Below are positions 24,474 to 37,679 of a stretch of 64,000 bases of DNA, piece after piece. The DNA lies in NCBI GenBank assembly GCA_012295275.1, contig CM022677.1, forward strand, positions 11,532,001 through 11,596,000, written 5' to 3'. The DNA is from Chrysomallon squamiferum. Lineage: Eukaryota; Animalia; Mollusca. The notes under the pieces were generated by a model. It saw nothing but the letters and a program-made list of their open reading frames with translations. It was not told the origin of the DNA and searched no databases. A program made the translations under genes and the position numbers. Numbering within the stretch: the first letter of the stretch is position 1; each line of letters starts with the position of its first letter.

Positions 24474-27085
24474 TACTATCCTGTCAGTGACTGTTTGTTC
24501 AAGACATTGCCTCGTGCATAGTATATTACACACTGTGTTATGTCCTACCCTGTCACTGAGTCTGTTTCTTCAAGTCTGTGGAACGTGTCTAGTATATTAC
24601 TGACTGTGGTATGTACTATCCTGTCAATGAATCTGTTCCTTCAAGGCAGTGCAATGTTTCTAGTATTACAGATTGTGGTATGTACTACCCTGTCATTGAG
24701 TCTGTTTGTTCAAGGCAGAGCACCGTGTCTAGTATATTACAGACTGTGGTATGCACTACCCTGTCAGTGAGTCTGTTTCTTCAAGTCAGTGCAAGGTGTC
24801 TACTATATTACAGACTGTGGTATGTACTATCCTGTCAGTGACTATTTGTTCAACGCAGTGCCTCGTGCATAGTATATTACAGACTGTGTTATGTACTACC
24901 CTGTCACTAAGTCTGTTTCTTCAAGTCTGTGGAACGTGTCTAGTATATTACAGACTGTGGTATGTACTACCCTGTCACTAAGTCTGTTTCTTCAAGTCTG
25001 TGGAACGTGTCTAGTATATTACAGACTGTGGTATGTACTACCCTGTCACTAAGTCTGTTTCTTCAAGTCTGTGGAACGTGTCTAGTATATTACATACTGT
25101 GTTATGTACTACCCTGTCACTAAGTCTGTTTCTTCAAGTCTGTGGAACGTGTCTAATATATTACAGACTGTGGTATGTACTATCCAGTCAGTGTCTCTGT
25201 TTCTTCAAGTATGCGGAACGTGTCTAGTATATTACAGACTCTGGTATGTACTATCCAGTCATTGAGTATGTGTCTTCAAAGCAATGCATCTTCTATTGTA
25301 TACTACAGACTGTGGTATGTACTATCCAGTCAGTGTCTCTGTTTCTTCAAGGCTGTGAGTCCTGCCTAGTATATTACAGACTGTGGTATGTACTACCCTG
25401 TCAGTGACTCTGCTTGTTCAAGGCAGTGCCTCGTGCCTAGTATATTACAGACTGTGGTATGTACTATCCTGTGAGTCTTTTTGTTCAAGGCAGTGCACTG
25501 TATCTAGTATTACAGACTGTGGTATGTAATACCCTGTCAGTGAGTCTTTTTCTTCAAGGCAGTGCATCGTGTCTACTATATTACAGACTGTGGTATGTAC
25601 TATCCTGTCAGTGAGTGTGATCAAGGTAGTTTACCGTGTCTAGTATTACAGACTGTGGTATGTACTACCATGTCAGTGAGTCTGTTTCTTCAAGTAAGTG
25701 CAACGTGTCTACTATATTACAGACTGTGGTGTGTACTACCCTGTCACTGACTCTGTTTCTTCAAAGCAATGCATCTTCTCTTATATATTACAGACTGTGG
25801 TATGTACTATCCTGTCAGTGACTCTGTTTGTTCAAGACAGTGCCTCGTGCCTAGTATTACAGACTGTGGTATGTACTACACTGTCACCTAGTCTGTTTCT
25901 TCAAGTCTGTGGAACGTGTCTATTGTATTAGAGACTGTGGTATGTACTATCCTGTCAATGAGTCTGTTTTTTCAAGGCAGTGCACTGTATCTAGTATTAC
26001 AGACTGTTGTATGTACTACCCTGTCAGTGAGTCTGTTTTTTCAAGGCAGTGCACCGTGTCTACTATATTCCAGACTGTGGTATGTACTATCCTGTCAGTG
26101 AGTCTGTTTCTTAAGAGCAGTGCATCCTATCTAGTATATTACAGACTCTGGTATGTACTATCTTGTCATTGAGTATGTTTCTTCAAAACAATGCATCTTC
26201 TCTTGTATATTACAGACTGTGGTATGTGCTATCCTGTGAGTGAGTATTTTTGTCCAAGGCAGTGCACTGTATCTAGAAATACAGACTGTGGTATGTACTA
26301 CCCTGTCAGTGTGTCTGATCAAGGCAATGCATCGTGTTTAGTATGATACAGACTGTGGTATGTACTATCCTGTCAGTGTCTCTGTTTGTTCAAGGCAGTG
26401 CGTCTAGTATATTACAGACTGTGGTATGTACTACCCTGTCTGGGAGTCTGTTTTTTCAAGGCAGTGCACCGTGTCTACTATATTCCAGACTGTGGTATGT
26501 ACTATCCTGTCAGTGAGTCTGTTTCTTAAGAGCAGTGCATCCTATCTAGTATATTACAGACTCTGGTATGTACTATCTTGTCATTGAGTATGTTTCTTCA
26601 AAACAATGCATCTTCTCTTGTATATTACAGACTGTGGTATGTGCTATCCTGTGAGTGAGTATTTTTGTCCAAGGCAGTGCACTGTATCTAGTAATACAGA
26701 CTGTGGTATGTACTACCCTGTCAGTGTGTCTGATCAAGGCAATGCATCGTGTTTAGTATGATACAGACTGTGGTATGTACTATCCTGTCAGTGACTCTGT
26801 TTGTTCTAGGAAGTGCATCGTGTCTAATATATTACAGACTGTGGTATGTACTACCCTGTCTGTGAGTCTGTTTCTTCAAGGCAGTGCTTCGTGTCTACTA
26901 TATTACAGACTGTGGTATGTACTATCCTGTCAGTGACTATTTGTTCAACGCAGTGCCTCGTGTTTAGTATGATACAGACTGTGGTATGTACTACCCTGTC
27001 AGTGAGTCTGTTTTTTCAAAGCAATGCATCGTGTTTAGTATGTTACAGACTTTGGTATGTATACCCTCTCAGTGAGTCTGTTTTT
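24474..27085 (+). repeat. Tandem array of ~71-bp units (about 37 copies)
   Basis: CAGACTGTGGTATGTACTA(C/T)CCTGTCAGTGAGTCTGTTTCTTCAAGGCAGTGCA..GTGTCTAGTATATTA recurs with a period of 66-71 bp (e.g. 24951, 25022). Confidence 0.98.
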
Positions 27086-27092
27086 TACTAAA

Positions 27093-30000
27093 TTAAAAGG
27101 TGGTGTTGTTTTTCTCTTTCATGCAAAAACGTTGAGCACAGATTTTGATTTTAAAATCTACATTATTACACCATTAAGTATAGTTTATACATTTTAATTA
27201 AGTATATTAAGTATAGGGTATTGCTACTTTTTTCTAATTTCGAATACATGTGCCATTACTTTGAAAGCTCTTTCTATATACAGATTGACAGACAGGCCAA
27301 CAGAGTAGAGACAGGAGTGTATGTACTTAAGGATGTTATGACATATAAATATTTCTCTCTGGCTTTCTTACACTCTCTGTCACTCTCCAGATTACTCTAA
27401 TTAGATGGATTATTTTATTTTACCAGATGTTTAAGTATAATTATGTATTATAGATTATGGGTTTAATGTGCTATTTAACAGAACATATTATAGACACTTC
27501 TTATCTTATCATATTTACCTTCTAATCAGCAGATGAAGACTATGCTTTCAGTGTAGATAAACACAGACTAGATTTCCAGATTAATGTTCTCTTCATAAAC
27601 AATACCAGAAATCTCTAATCTCTCATTAACAATTTATTGGTACTTCCAATCATGCCTCCCTCCTAACTCCACATATTCCTCATCACACAGTTTATATATT
27701 AAGCTAAATTCCATTGATACATCACTCAGTCCACAATGAGGACCTTATTTGTTAAGAATGTGATAATGTTTGAAAAGTAATTGCTTATATAATTGAAAAC
27801 CTTTCAGTCCATCATTCCCTCTTTTTATCCTTTTATTATTTTCCCAATTCTTCTTTGCACCAAAACTTTCATCCATCTAATACTCCATCCATCCTTACTT
27901 ACCTGCGTGTTTCTATCTATCTATGAGTCTATCTATACATTTGTTTTATTTCATCATCAATTTCTCTGACTATTTGTCTATCTATCTGTCTCTTTATTGG
28001 TCAACCTGTGGTGTAGCTTAATCTCGCACCTGCTCACCTCTTTCTAACATAGAAACAGACTTTAATGAAGAAATCATGATTTGTTTACTCATATACATGT
28101 GCCCATTACCTGTCTACCTAACCATTTATTCATCACTCTCGTCTCTCTGTCTGTCTGTCTCTATCTATATTTATTTATATAATTATCTGTCATTCTCTGA
28201 AAAATCATTCACACATGACATACTCCTCTGTTTCATACTGAGGTCAATATCTGTTCTCTCTCTCTAACACACAAACACATATAACCACACCTACATGTCA
28301 GTCTCTCTCAGTCTAGCCATTTATCTATAATCTATCTAACACACAAACAAATATAACAACACCTACATATCAGACTCTCTCAGTCTAGCTATCTAACTGC
28401 TATCTAACACCCATATAAACATACTCTTATTCATACATTCAGTTATATACCAGTCCTCTAACATAAATACAAATACTCATGATTATGAACATATGTATCT
28501 ATGTATCTATGTATCTATTTACGTTGTATATAACTAATACTGTGAATGTGTTTGTGTGTGTGTCCATCCATACATCTATATCTACCCTCTGTAATACACA
28601 CATATATATACACACATAAATATATTCGCTCATGTATTTATTTATATTTAATCTCTCTATCAATCAATCTCACCTTCTCAGTTATACATAGCCACAGTCT
28701 GTCTTGCACTCACACGCATACACACAGACACAGTACGTATACACTCTCTCTATTTATATACTTTTTAAGTATTTAAATACATTCTTTCTATCTAGTTATC
28801 TATCTATATATTTATTTATCTATCTATTTAAGCCATATACATAAGCAACAGAGTCAGTCTTTCTTACAGATGTGCAGGTATATACTCATGTCTCCTTGCA
28901 TCTATCTATCGTTCTAGTAATCTATCTACCTTTCTTCTGTCTATCAATTTACGTGTCGTTTATCATCAACCATCTATCCACCCTTTTTTACACATATACA
29001 CACACACACGTAGTTACTTATCCTCTTATATACATATACGTGCTAATCAACTTCTAAACATATAAATACATTATTATTCCTATACACGTGTGTGTGTATG
29101 TATATATGTATGTATATATGTGTGTGTATATATCTATATGGATAGATCCATACCTCCAACCAGCGTCAGTGAAAATTATTTATTTCACTTTAATTTATTT
29201 TATTTCAATTATTTTATTTTACTTTTATTTATTTACTTATTTTTTAAATTTTGTTATTTATTTTTTCTTGGCTGACGATATCGTAATAAAAAGTGAAAAA
29301 AAAAAAAATAGTACCAAATGGGTGCGTAGTGATATATTACGTCAACGTCAGAAAAAAAAAAAAAGAATAAAAAAAGAAATGTTACCACATTTTCAGTAAT
29401 TGCTACAGAGTATTAGCCATCTATGTATAAAAGACATTGGTTATATGACATACTTCTCCAAATTACTTTTAATGATCCATGTAGAATTATTGCGTTATAA
29501 AGGTCTACATGTTTAAACGTGTGTAAATATTGATCAGCGTTCGATGCTGCCATCTTGAATTTCGATCGGCAGGTTCCGTGAGGTCACGGACATTTTTATA
29601 CTTCCAAATACAATTATTTAACGTCTACTTTCTGAACTTTTTATGATTTAAAAGATAAAGATGGTTGTTCATATTACAAAACTGTGATCTCTTGTGCCTT
29701 TCCTAACTACTTTTACAACTAACATAAATGAAATAAATAAATAAAATAAATAAATAAAATTAAATAAAATAGCAATTTTACAATAATTCATCAAATAATA
29801 ATATCCCGTTAAATAAAGCAAAAATACAGGAATCTGGTTAGTTAAAAGAAAAAGAAATTACAGGGAATGTTAATAAGCTGATTCTGTCTGCTACAAAACA
29901 TTATACAGAATCGGTTATTTTCATCTAAAAGCAACAAATCTAATTTACCGTCACCTCGCATATGCGAGGAGTAATCTATTTCATAAGTTCGTGGTCTAAG

Positions 30001-32970
30001 AGAAACAACTCTATTTAAAACGCACGTTGGTAAATATACAAAAAAGACTGAGTGTTGAGTAAAACAAAAAAACAAAAATAAAAATAAAATAAAATTATTA
30101 TTCAAGTCGCCTGAATATAGATCATTCACTGAATTTACTAAATTCACTCGAATTATTTTATTTAAAACTTAGTTGGGGTAATTTTGATCTCATGGCAATT
30201 CTGGCCTCCGAGGTATATTATGACTTGCAGCCGCTATACTGCATTTTGAGGTTTCAAAGTCCTATAGATATAAGGTTAGTGATAAATTATAACATGTAAA
30301 TATAATCGGTTTTTAAGTTCAACAGAAGAAACTTGATTAATATGTGATAATTAGGCAAGAAATATGCTTTTTATTTTACTCCATTACTTGGGGCAATAAA
30401 ATCAAAAGGATGAGGTATGCCGACGAATTGACAGAAGAAGAAAGTGTCAAGAGGTATGAAGAAGAATTGGCAGAGAAGAAGAAAAAAGTGGAAAAAAAGG
30501 CAAAGAAAGCAAATGTTCTAGAGGCAAAATTACAACAACAAAAAAGAAGATACCAAAGTCAAAACGGCAGTTCAATTTGAATGCTACAGCAGAACCGGTG
30601 GATGCAGCCACAGAAACCGTTGATGGTGATGAGCCTGAACTAGAAGACAGAGATGTAGTAGATACAAATTGGTATTTTAAAAGCTTCAGGTAAGATTGTA
30701 TTTTTTATGATGCAAAATAGAGGTAAAACATAACAAAACATTACGTTATTTTCACTAAGTATGAATAAACGTCGCAGGTTTTATATATAAAATGTGAATC
30801 ACGTCGCGTTTTACAAAACAGAAAACTTCACTTATCTCTGTGAATTTTAATTTTAATGTCGTTTGCTTTGCAAAATCAAATTTTGTGATTCAACTAAAGT
30901 GTAACTTCTCACGTGTTCAGTATTAATTTTTTATTTTTATTTTTATTTTTTTTGTTGAGAAGAAATTCTAACTCAGTTTAACAGAAAAATATTTCACAAC
31001 AGAGGCCTTCCCCTGTATATCTAATCATTAAGTTATTTATTTCTAAATTTAGAAGTCCAGCCCTGAATTCCATTATAAAATAAAAGGTCAGATCCATATA
31101 AATGTGATATTTGATTAACAGCAGAACAGATTACATTACTTCACGTTAATACATAAAACCAGCGACGGTTATATTATAAATTGATACTCAGTGAAAATAA
31201 CGTGATGTTTTATTATATGTTCCTCTATTTTGCATCATAAAAAATATTGATAATTTCACGTACATTTTATTTCATCCTACTAAAACATAAAAATAATGTC
31301 TTTACTGTCGAGTAAATAATAATGTTTCTCCTCCAGTTATCAGTAAAATCTGACCTGAAGTTTTTAAAATATCAGATTAAACTGGCGCCTTCTCATCTCC
31401 ATAATACCAATCTCCATTATTTAAATTTAAGTCTAAAAATTAGGTATTAAAATTAAAATCATATTTGTTTATTTATTTCTTTATTTTTTATTTTTTTTTC
31501 TTGTAAGCACGACTACAATAATACTACTTAAAATGATAAATAAAATAATAATTAAGAAAGATTACTTAAACCAGGATAAAAAGAAAAAAGTAAGAAAAGA
31601 AATAAAATGATTCTTCCAGGCATATATTCTTTATACTAGATCATGCTATGTTTGGCTGAATCTCAGTTTATTCATATAAAACTGAAATCTTATTTGTTTA
31701 TAGAACGTAAACTCTGTCCAGCGTCACAAATTACGTCTAGAAAACTACACTATACGTCAAAGTTTAGTGTTTTAGTAAACACTCAAATACAAGTTTTATC
31801 ATGACTCGATACTGATTTTGGAAGAACAAAACTGGCCAGCAGATTTTTTTTAATGAAACACGTGTTATCCAGACAGTCAGCTACACGTCTGCACAGTCCG
31901 ACTTGTCTTCACAAGTTTCACCCAAACATGTTTTCACAAAACACTCGCCTTTGTTTAGGACGAACAAGTATCACATTTCTGAAAGTTTACTCGTAAAATA
32001 TTAATTACCAAAAAATTAAAAACACAATCTGTGGTGTAATTCATGAGAATCACCTTCATCTTTCTCCATCTCACTGACTCCAGCTTAGGAAAAGTATATT
32101 TCTAAAATATACCCAGCGCATTTCCTGGAATTTAAAAGTGATATTTTCTTCTGTACATATCTGGATTGAGACAAGTCTTGACAAAGTAAGAACAGAAAAA
32201 ATTGAGAACGTATCTCGGTTAGAACTTCATGACTATGACATACACGGTAGAGAATTAGCGGGACAGATAGAACACGTTTTATATTTGACAAATGAACAGT
32301 TAATGTTAGCACCGAACAGAAGGAAAAAGTATTCAAGTATATCAAAACGTAGGAAAGAAAAGAGAAAAGAAAATGCCAGAGTTAAAGAAAAAACAACTTT
32401 CGATGCTCTCTGTCGTGGTGAAGACGTTATTAAAGTAAAACAGTTTCAATGACACTTTCACAGAGAAAGAAATACAAAAAAAACAAAACAAAAACGCAAT
32501 CATCAGTGTCATACTGTTTATCTTCTGAAAACTGATAGACCATTAACATGTGTAATAAAACAAATATTCCAGTTTTATGTTATTTTAATCTTTAGAAATC
32601 TGCACTCTTTCTAAAACGGTATATCACGTTGGTCTCAATGAATCATCCGGTTTTGACAGCGTCCACTGTATTTAGTTTTATTGTTTATATTTTAGTTATT
32701 TATCACATATTAATAGATACGGTATATTGTTTACAGTACGTAAACTGATATTCCTGGAACGTACCTACACATTTACATTTATTACTCATTATACAGCTAT
32801 ATACGACGTTTCGTTATCAGCGATTTTCTGTGGTGTGCAATGACGTACACCGAGAACCCACAAACAGAAGAAAGAAACAAACTATAGCTGAAGGGAGAGG
32901 AGATTACTCTGATATAATTTGTTTTGTTTTTGGATTTCTACTTTTATTTGCGGTATTTGTTATTTATGGT
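27093..32970 (+). repeat. Composite repeat, copy B (plus orientation, large internal deletion, internal foldback)
   Basis: 27093-30667 matches 52208-55220 directly and 30673-30900 matches 58763-59000. 31015-31210 and 32747-32970 are reverse complements of 61240-61430 and 61020-61240. Confidence 0.9.
30395..30667 (+). pseudogene. Truncated pogo-type transposase C-terminal fragment (coil only, PHD deleted)
   Basis: NKIKRMRYADELTEEESVKRYEEELAEKKKK...DEPELEDRDVVDT, cut off at a deletion junction. Confidence 0.6.
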
Positions 32971-33183
32971 AACATTTCTTTTGATTATTAATATTATGTG
33001 TGTGCGTGTCTGGTTAAAACTGTATTAAAGAGTGATTAAAGTGAATCAACTTAAAAGTGACACAATGTAATGAAATAATGAGTCAAGACAAACACATTTA
33101 TGTTGTTAGGATATGAAATGACTAAATACATGAAGATTAACAATGATAAACGATGTTATTACAGCATATTTCTATTGTGTTAG

Positions 33184-33543
33184 GTCCGTAAAGATAAAAA
33201 GGAGTAAAGGAGGTGAACAAAGAGCAGCCAAGTCTCCAGTAGAGTTGAAGTATTTGGTGCTGTCCAGCAGGTATTTAAATACATTATTCATTTTATTTCA
33301 GTTTTAAATATTTCTTCAGACTTTCACAAAATTCTATGCAAAATAGTTTTTTTTTGCACTGAATTAAGCAACTTACATAAAAATGTAATATATTTGTTTT
33401 TGTAAAATAATATCTCATTTATTGAAAGATTCCATAGAATCACTAAGGACTAATTATTTGTTCAGTTATAAAGACACCTGCCATGAAATGGCAGTCTGAT
33501 TTTAAGATTCTTTTTACTTTACTCTAACTTTTTTACTTTATTC

Positions 33544-33590
<47 letters not shown>

Positions 33591-35724
33591 TTATTTTTTT
33601 TTTTTTTTTATTTATTTATTTATTTATAAAAGGAGCAATAATTAATAACCAGAGAATTCTACAAGTAAAATCAGTACAAATATAATTGTGTGTGTTTTTG
33701 TAGGAGATGAGACTCAGTTGTACAATGGAGGTAATGGTTACTCATGTTGGGAACAATCACACAAAAAATATCAAACAGAACTTGAAGAGAACAAGTGAGT
33801 TGACACTGTCTTTTCTTATCCATTCATATGTGTTATCTCTTTAATTGACAAAGATGATAATGATATTTGTATAAAAATTAAGGTGAAAAGTAATTAGAAT
33901 GTAATATTTTTGTCAGAAGCTAATGTTAATTGCTTGCATTTTTTATTTTTTTTATTTTATTAGCCCTAATCAGATATACATTGATGAAAAAGACTGTTAA
34001 TTCAGATATTTGTAAGAAAAAATAATGTAAATTATTTGTTGCTGAATTGAAAGCTCTTAAGAATTAAAGATGGCATTGTGTTGGCTTTTTTTTGTTCTTG
34101 TTTTTATTATTATTATTATTATTATTATTCACAAAATAATGATTTAATTTCAGGAAACAGTTAATGGCAGTGAGAATTATTATTTTGGCAGCAATTTTAC
34201 AGAAATAGGTAATGTCATTAGTCAATCCTTAGTCAACAATCTATGAATTTTACAAATTTTATTAATTATTAAATATGATTGGGAAATAAAATGCATCTTT
34301 ATGTTAGTGTTTCAACACTAAAGAAGACAATTTATAACGTGAAAGTTTGATTGTTTTTTGTTTTTGTTGTTTGTGGAGGGGATCTTGTTTTTTTAGTTAA
34401 AAATATGATCTATATAGCTGTTGTTATATTTTATTTATTTTTATTAATTAAGAATGAGTTTAATTTGTTTTGCTCCAGGTTCTAAAAGATCCATGTCTAT
34501 GTGTGGATTGAATGCTGCTCTAAAGGTATGTTTTATTCATTCACTTTTGTGTTTCATTAAGAATGAATTTGATTAAAAGTAGCATGCAGGCAATTTATTT
34601 TTAATTACAGAATAGTATTGATAATTTTATATAAATTGTTCATAAAGCATGGCTATTTGCTTGATATTTTAAATATTTAGTTTAAATGGTACAGAATCAA
34701 TGTAATAATGATTTATGCACCACCAACAAACCTTGTAATAATTTACATGTCAGCCTAATAGAGTAGTGAACAGAACACTTGTATAAATTTGTAATTTACT
34801 GTTATTAATACTTCACTCTAATATAAAATACATACATTTAATACTTTATGTGGTAGGGCTAAAGATATTTACAATATTTTGTAATTTAGTATATGGATGG
34901 AATTGGCTTGAAAGATTTTGCTTATTTTGTTATTTTTATCACCTGCAAGTGTAATGTTGTCTTTGTTTTAAATACATTTTAAAATATACATAATGGATTC
35001 ATTATTGTAACTATTAGCTGAATTAGGTTAATTGTGGTTTATATATTTCATTAGTGGCAAAAATTAAATTATAAATTAAATATTTTAATTATTCAAATAA
35101 TTTGTTGTTAATGATGTAACTATAACGATTGTTAAAGGTTTAAGTTTGTCCGAATAATCTCAAATATATTTTCATCATGCTAGTCTGTTAGTATTTCAAA
35201 AGAATCAGAATTAGAAGAACATTTTCTTACTGTCTAATGTAAGTTTAAAATGTTTATTTACTTAATGTTCCTGGCAGTCATCTTAAACTGGAAATATTGT
35301 TTATACTCTCTTTTACTGGTGTATTGCTATTTTAATCCTTTTATACGAAAGATAAAAAATATGATTCACATAAAGAATAAAAAAAACTTTTAATAAATTA
35401 TTTTTATTATTAAAATTGTATTATGGAAAAAAATAAAAATGTGGACTACAAGTCTTCTTGCTAAGACAGTGAAATACAGTTAGAGCAGACATCAAAAATA
35501 CTGCTTGCACTTTATTTTATGTTTAGTTTATTAATGAATATTATATTTTGTTGTAGGATCCTAGACAACAGATTCAAGCTGCCTCATCCAGCACTTCAGT
35601 TGAAAATGTTGTAAGACACATTTTCAGAAAAGGTTCACTAGAGCACCAAAATGCTATTACATCACAGTCTTCCCTGTCCAGAGAAAGCTCAACACTTTCA
35701 AGAGAAAATATGTCTGAAATTTAA
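33184..35724 (+). pseudogene. Multi-exon spliced gene, pseudogene or lncRNA of unknown identity
   Basis: Candidate AG/GT exons at 33184-33270, 33704-33794, 34154-34208, 34479-34525 and 35557-35724. The last three splice in phase (ETVNGSENYYFGSNFTEI-GSKRSMSMCGLNAALK-DPRQQIQAASSS...MSEI*); the first two do not. Confidence 0.5.
33548..33609. repeat. Poly-T tract
   Basis: Directly visible. Confidence 0.95.
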
Positions 35725-36304
35725 GACAGTAAAATCAGTCTAATTTGAATTTATAAATATTGAGAAAAAAATAGAAATCTGAAGGGAAATAATTTTGAAA
35801 ACTCAGTGATCTCCAAGAGACTGCATTGTCAATGTGATCAGAACATCCAGTGTACACATTGTACTTCATAGCAGCTTCCATTGTTTTTATCTTTGATGTG
35901 TGCTTGGTTATTCTAATGTTTCTCACTGGAAGAGGAATGGATATGCATCATTGCTATGGAATGTCATTTTTCTAAATAAGCTAAAATTAATGTGACAACC
36001 AATTTTTTCTTTATCTTATTTAAATCAGGGCAGTTTGCTGGGGGTAATGTAAATATAACTGAAGATTGTACATTTTACTTTCCATCCAAAGACAATTATT
36101 TCTGGTTTTTCTTATTATTTTTCAAGTTACAAACTTGCTTTGATACCTCGTATCTTAGCGGGATTGTCGTTGTTATTATTACTCCCCCTAGACCCGCAAT
36201 CAAAGAATTTCAGGATTTCGATGTCACATTATTTTGTAGAATACGTGTTTCATTTTTATTTGTTGAAATTAATGTTGATTAGCGTATATGGAGGCTATAA
36301 TGTA

Positions 36305-36338
<34 letters not shown>

Positions 36339-37679
36339 AATAAATAAAAAATAAACAATTACCTGAATTTGTCCTTACATTGTTATTTCAGTCGGGCAGC
36401 ATCATTTTCTGTTTTCACTAATTAAACTGTATTTCACGACTGGCGTATGAGACTTAGTAAAACCTAAGTACAGGGTTTCAAGTTATGAACATGTAGACTA
36501 TACAATTAAGTCTATTTTATATCCTCAGCACCCATCAGAGGCGTAGCCAGGTTTGAAAGTTAAAGAGAGAAAACACGCACCGAATATTTATAATAACAAT
36601 AATAATAAATAAATTAAAATATATGACTGTTAGAGATATTCATTTATGCATGTAACGGTTAAAAATCTGTATGAACAGTAGAGTTGCCGTCGTTGCCGTC
36701 GGAAAGGGGTTGTTCCTAATGTTTAAGGAAAATTATTATTTAGTACTAACACTGAATAACATAATATTTGGTGATTTTATGATTATGATTATTATTATTG
36801 TTGTTGTTGTTATTATTATTATTATTATTTGTCAAATATTTTAATTTTTGTAGCTCGAAACAATTATTTCAGTGTTGTACCCTTGATAAGTCCGTACGAT
36901 GCAAACATTTTATTTATGAGATATTTATATATATTGAAATACATAATTAGTATTACGAAAGAATAAAAGCGCAGAGTCTTGCTGTTTAAGATAATTCTTG
37001 ATTCTGTTCGGTTGCTGAGTAGACTTTTCACGTTCCACTCGCTGACCTTCAGATGATGATCAGATACGATGGAGTGTGCCTCCGTGTTTGCCGTATTTCA
37101 CTTAATTCTCACAATCTGTTTTTTTTATTTTTATTAACTATTATTCATATTTCTCATTATTCTTTAACGCTTTTCAGTGTAATTATCAGTGTAAATAGTG
37201 TATTTTCTTAACAAAAACACTATGTTAGTTTTGATGATTACAAATTATTCTGCCTTAGTGTAATAAACAACACAGATTCCGTTGAGAAATATCACATTAA
37301 TACAGCTGCTAAAGAAATATTGTTTTATCTGGTAGGATATTACAGGTATGATTTCACTTGTTAATATTCAGAAATATAGTTTTTTTTTTTTTTTAAATAA
37401 CAATAACTTTATATGTGACATCAAAAATATAAGGAGAAATAAAGAGGGCGCATCTAATGTGACAAATTACAAACACCAGAACATGTTTCACTGAAAAACT
37501 AGGATTAACTTTACACGGCGTTATGAAAATAGCATTACAATTTTACCACCTCAGTCACTGTCTGTATTAGATGTTATTAGTTTCTCAACAGAGGTGCGGC
37601 GGTAATATTAACACATTGGTTTGGAAAATACAGCGCGTGTTGTTTTTGAATTAACAATATTATAAAAAGAACAGTATGA

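Noticed and set aside
24474-27085. CRISPR array
   Set aside because: The inter-core segments are homologous to one another rather than unique spacers, the context is eukaryotic and no cas-like genes are present.
24474-27085. Tandem hammerhead ribozymes or a coding repeat
   Set aside because: The minus strand has CTGACAG and GAAAC but not the CTGANGA core. The 71-bp period shifts frame each unit, so the many short ORFs are artefacts.
32138-32452. 104-aa ORF as a gene
   Set aside because: Non-ATG start, no recognisable domain, and located inside a rearranged repeat copy.
36536-36560. CAGAGGCGTAGCCAGG as a transposon terminus
   Set aside because: It resembles hAT-type MITE ends, but I found no matching inverted partner or TSD.
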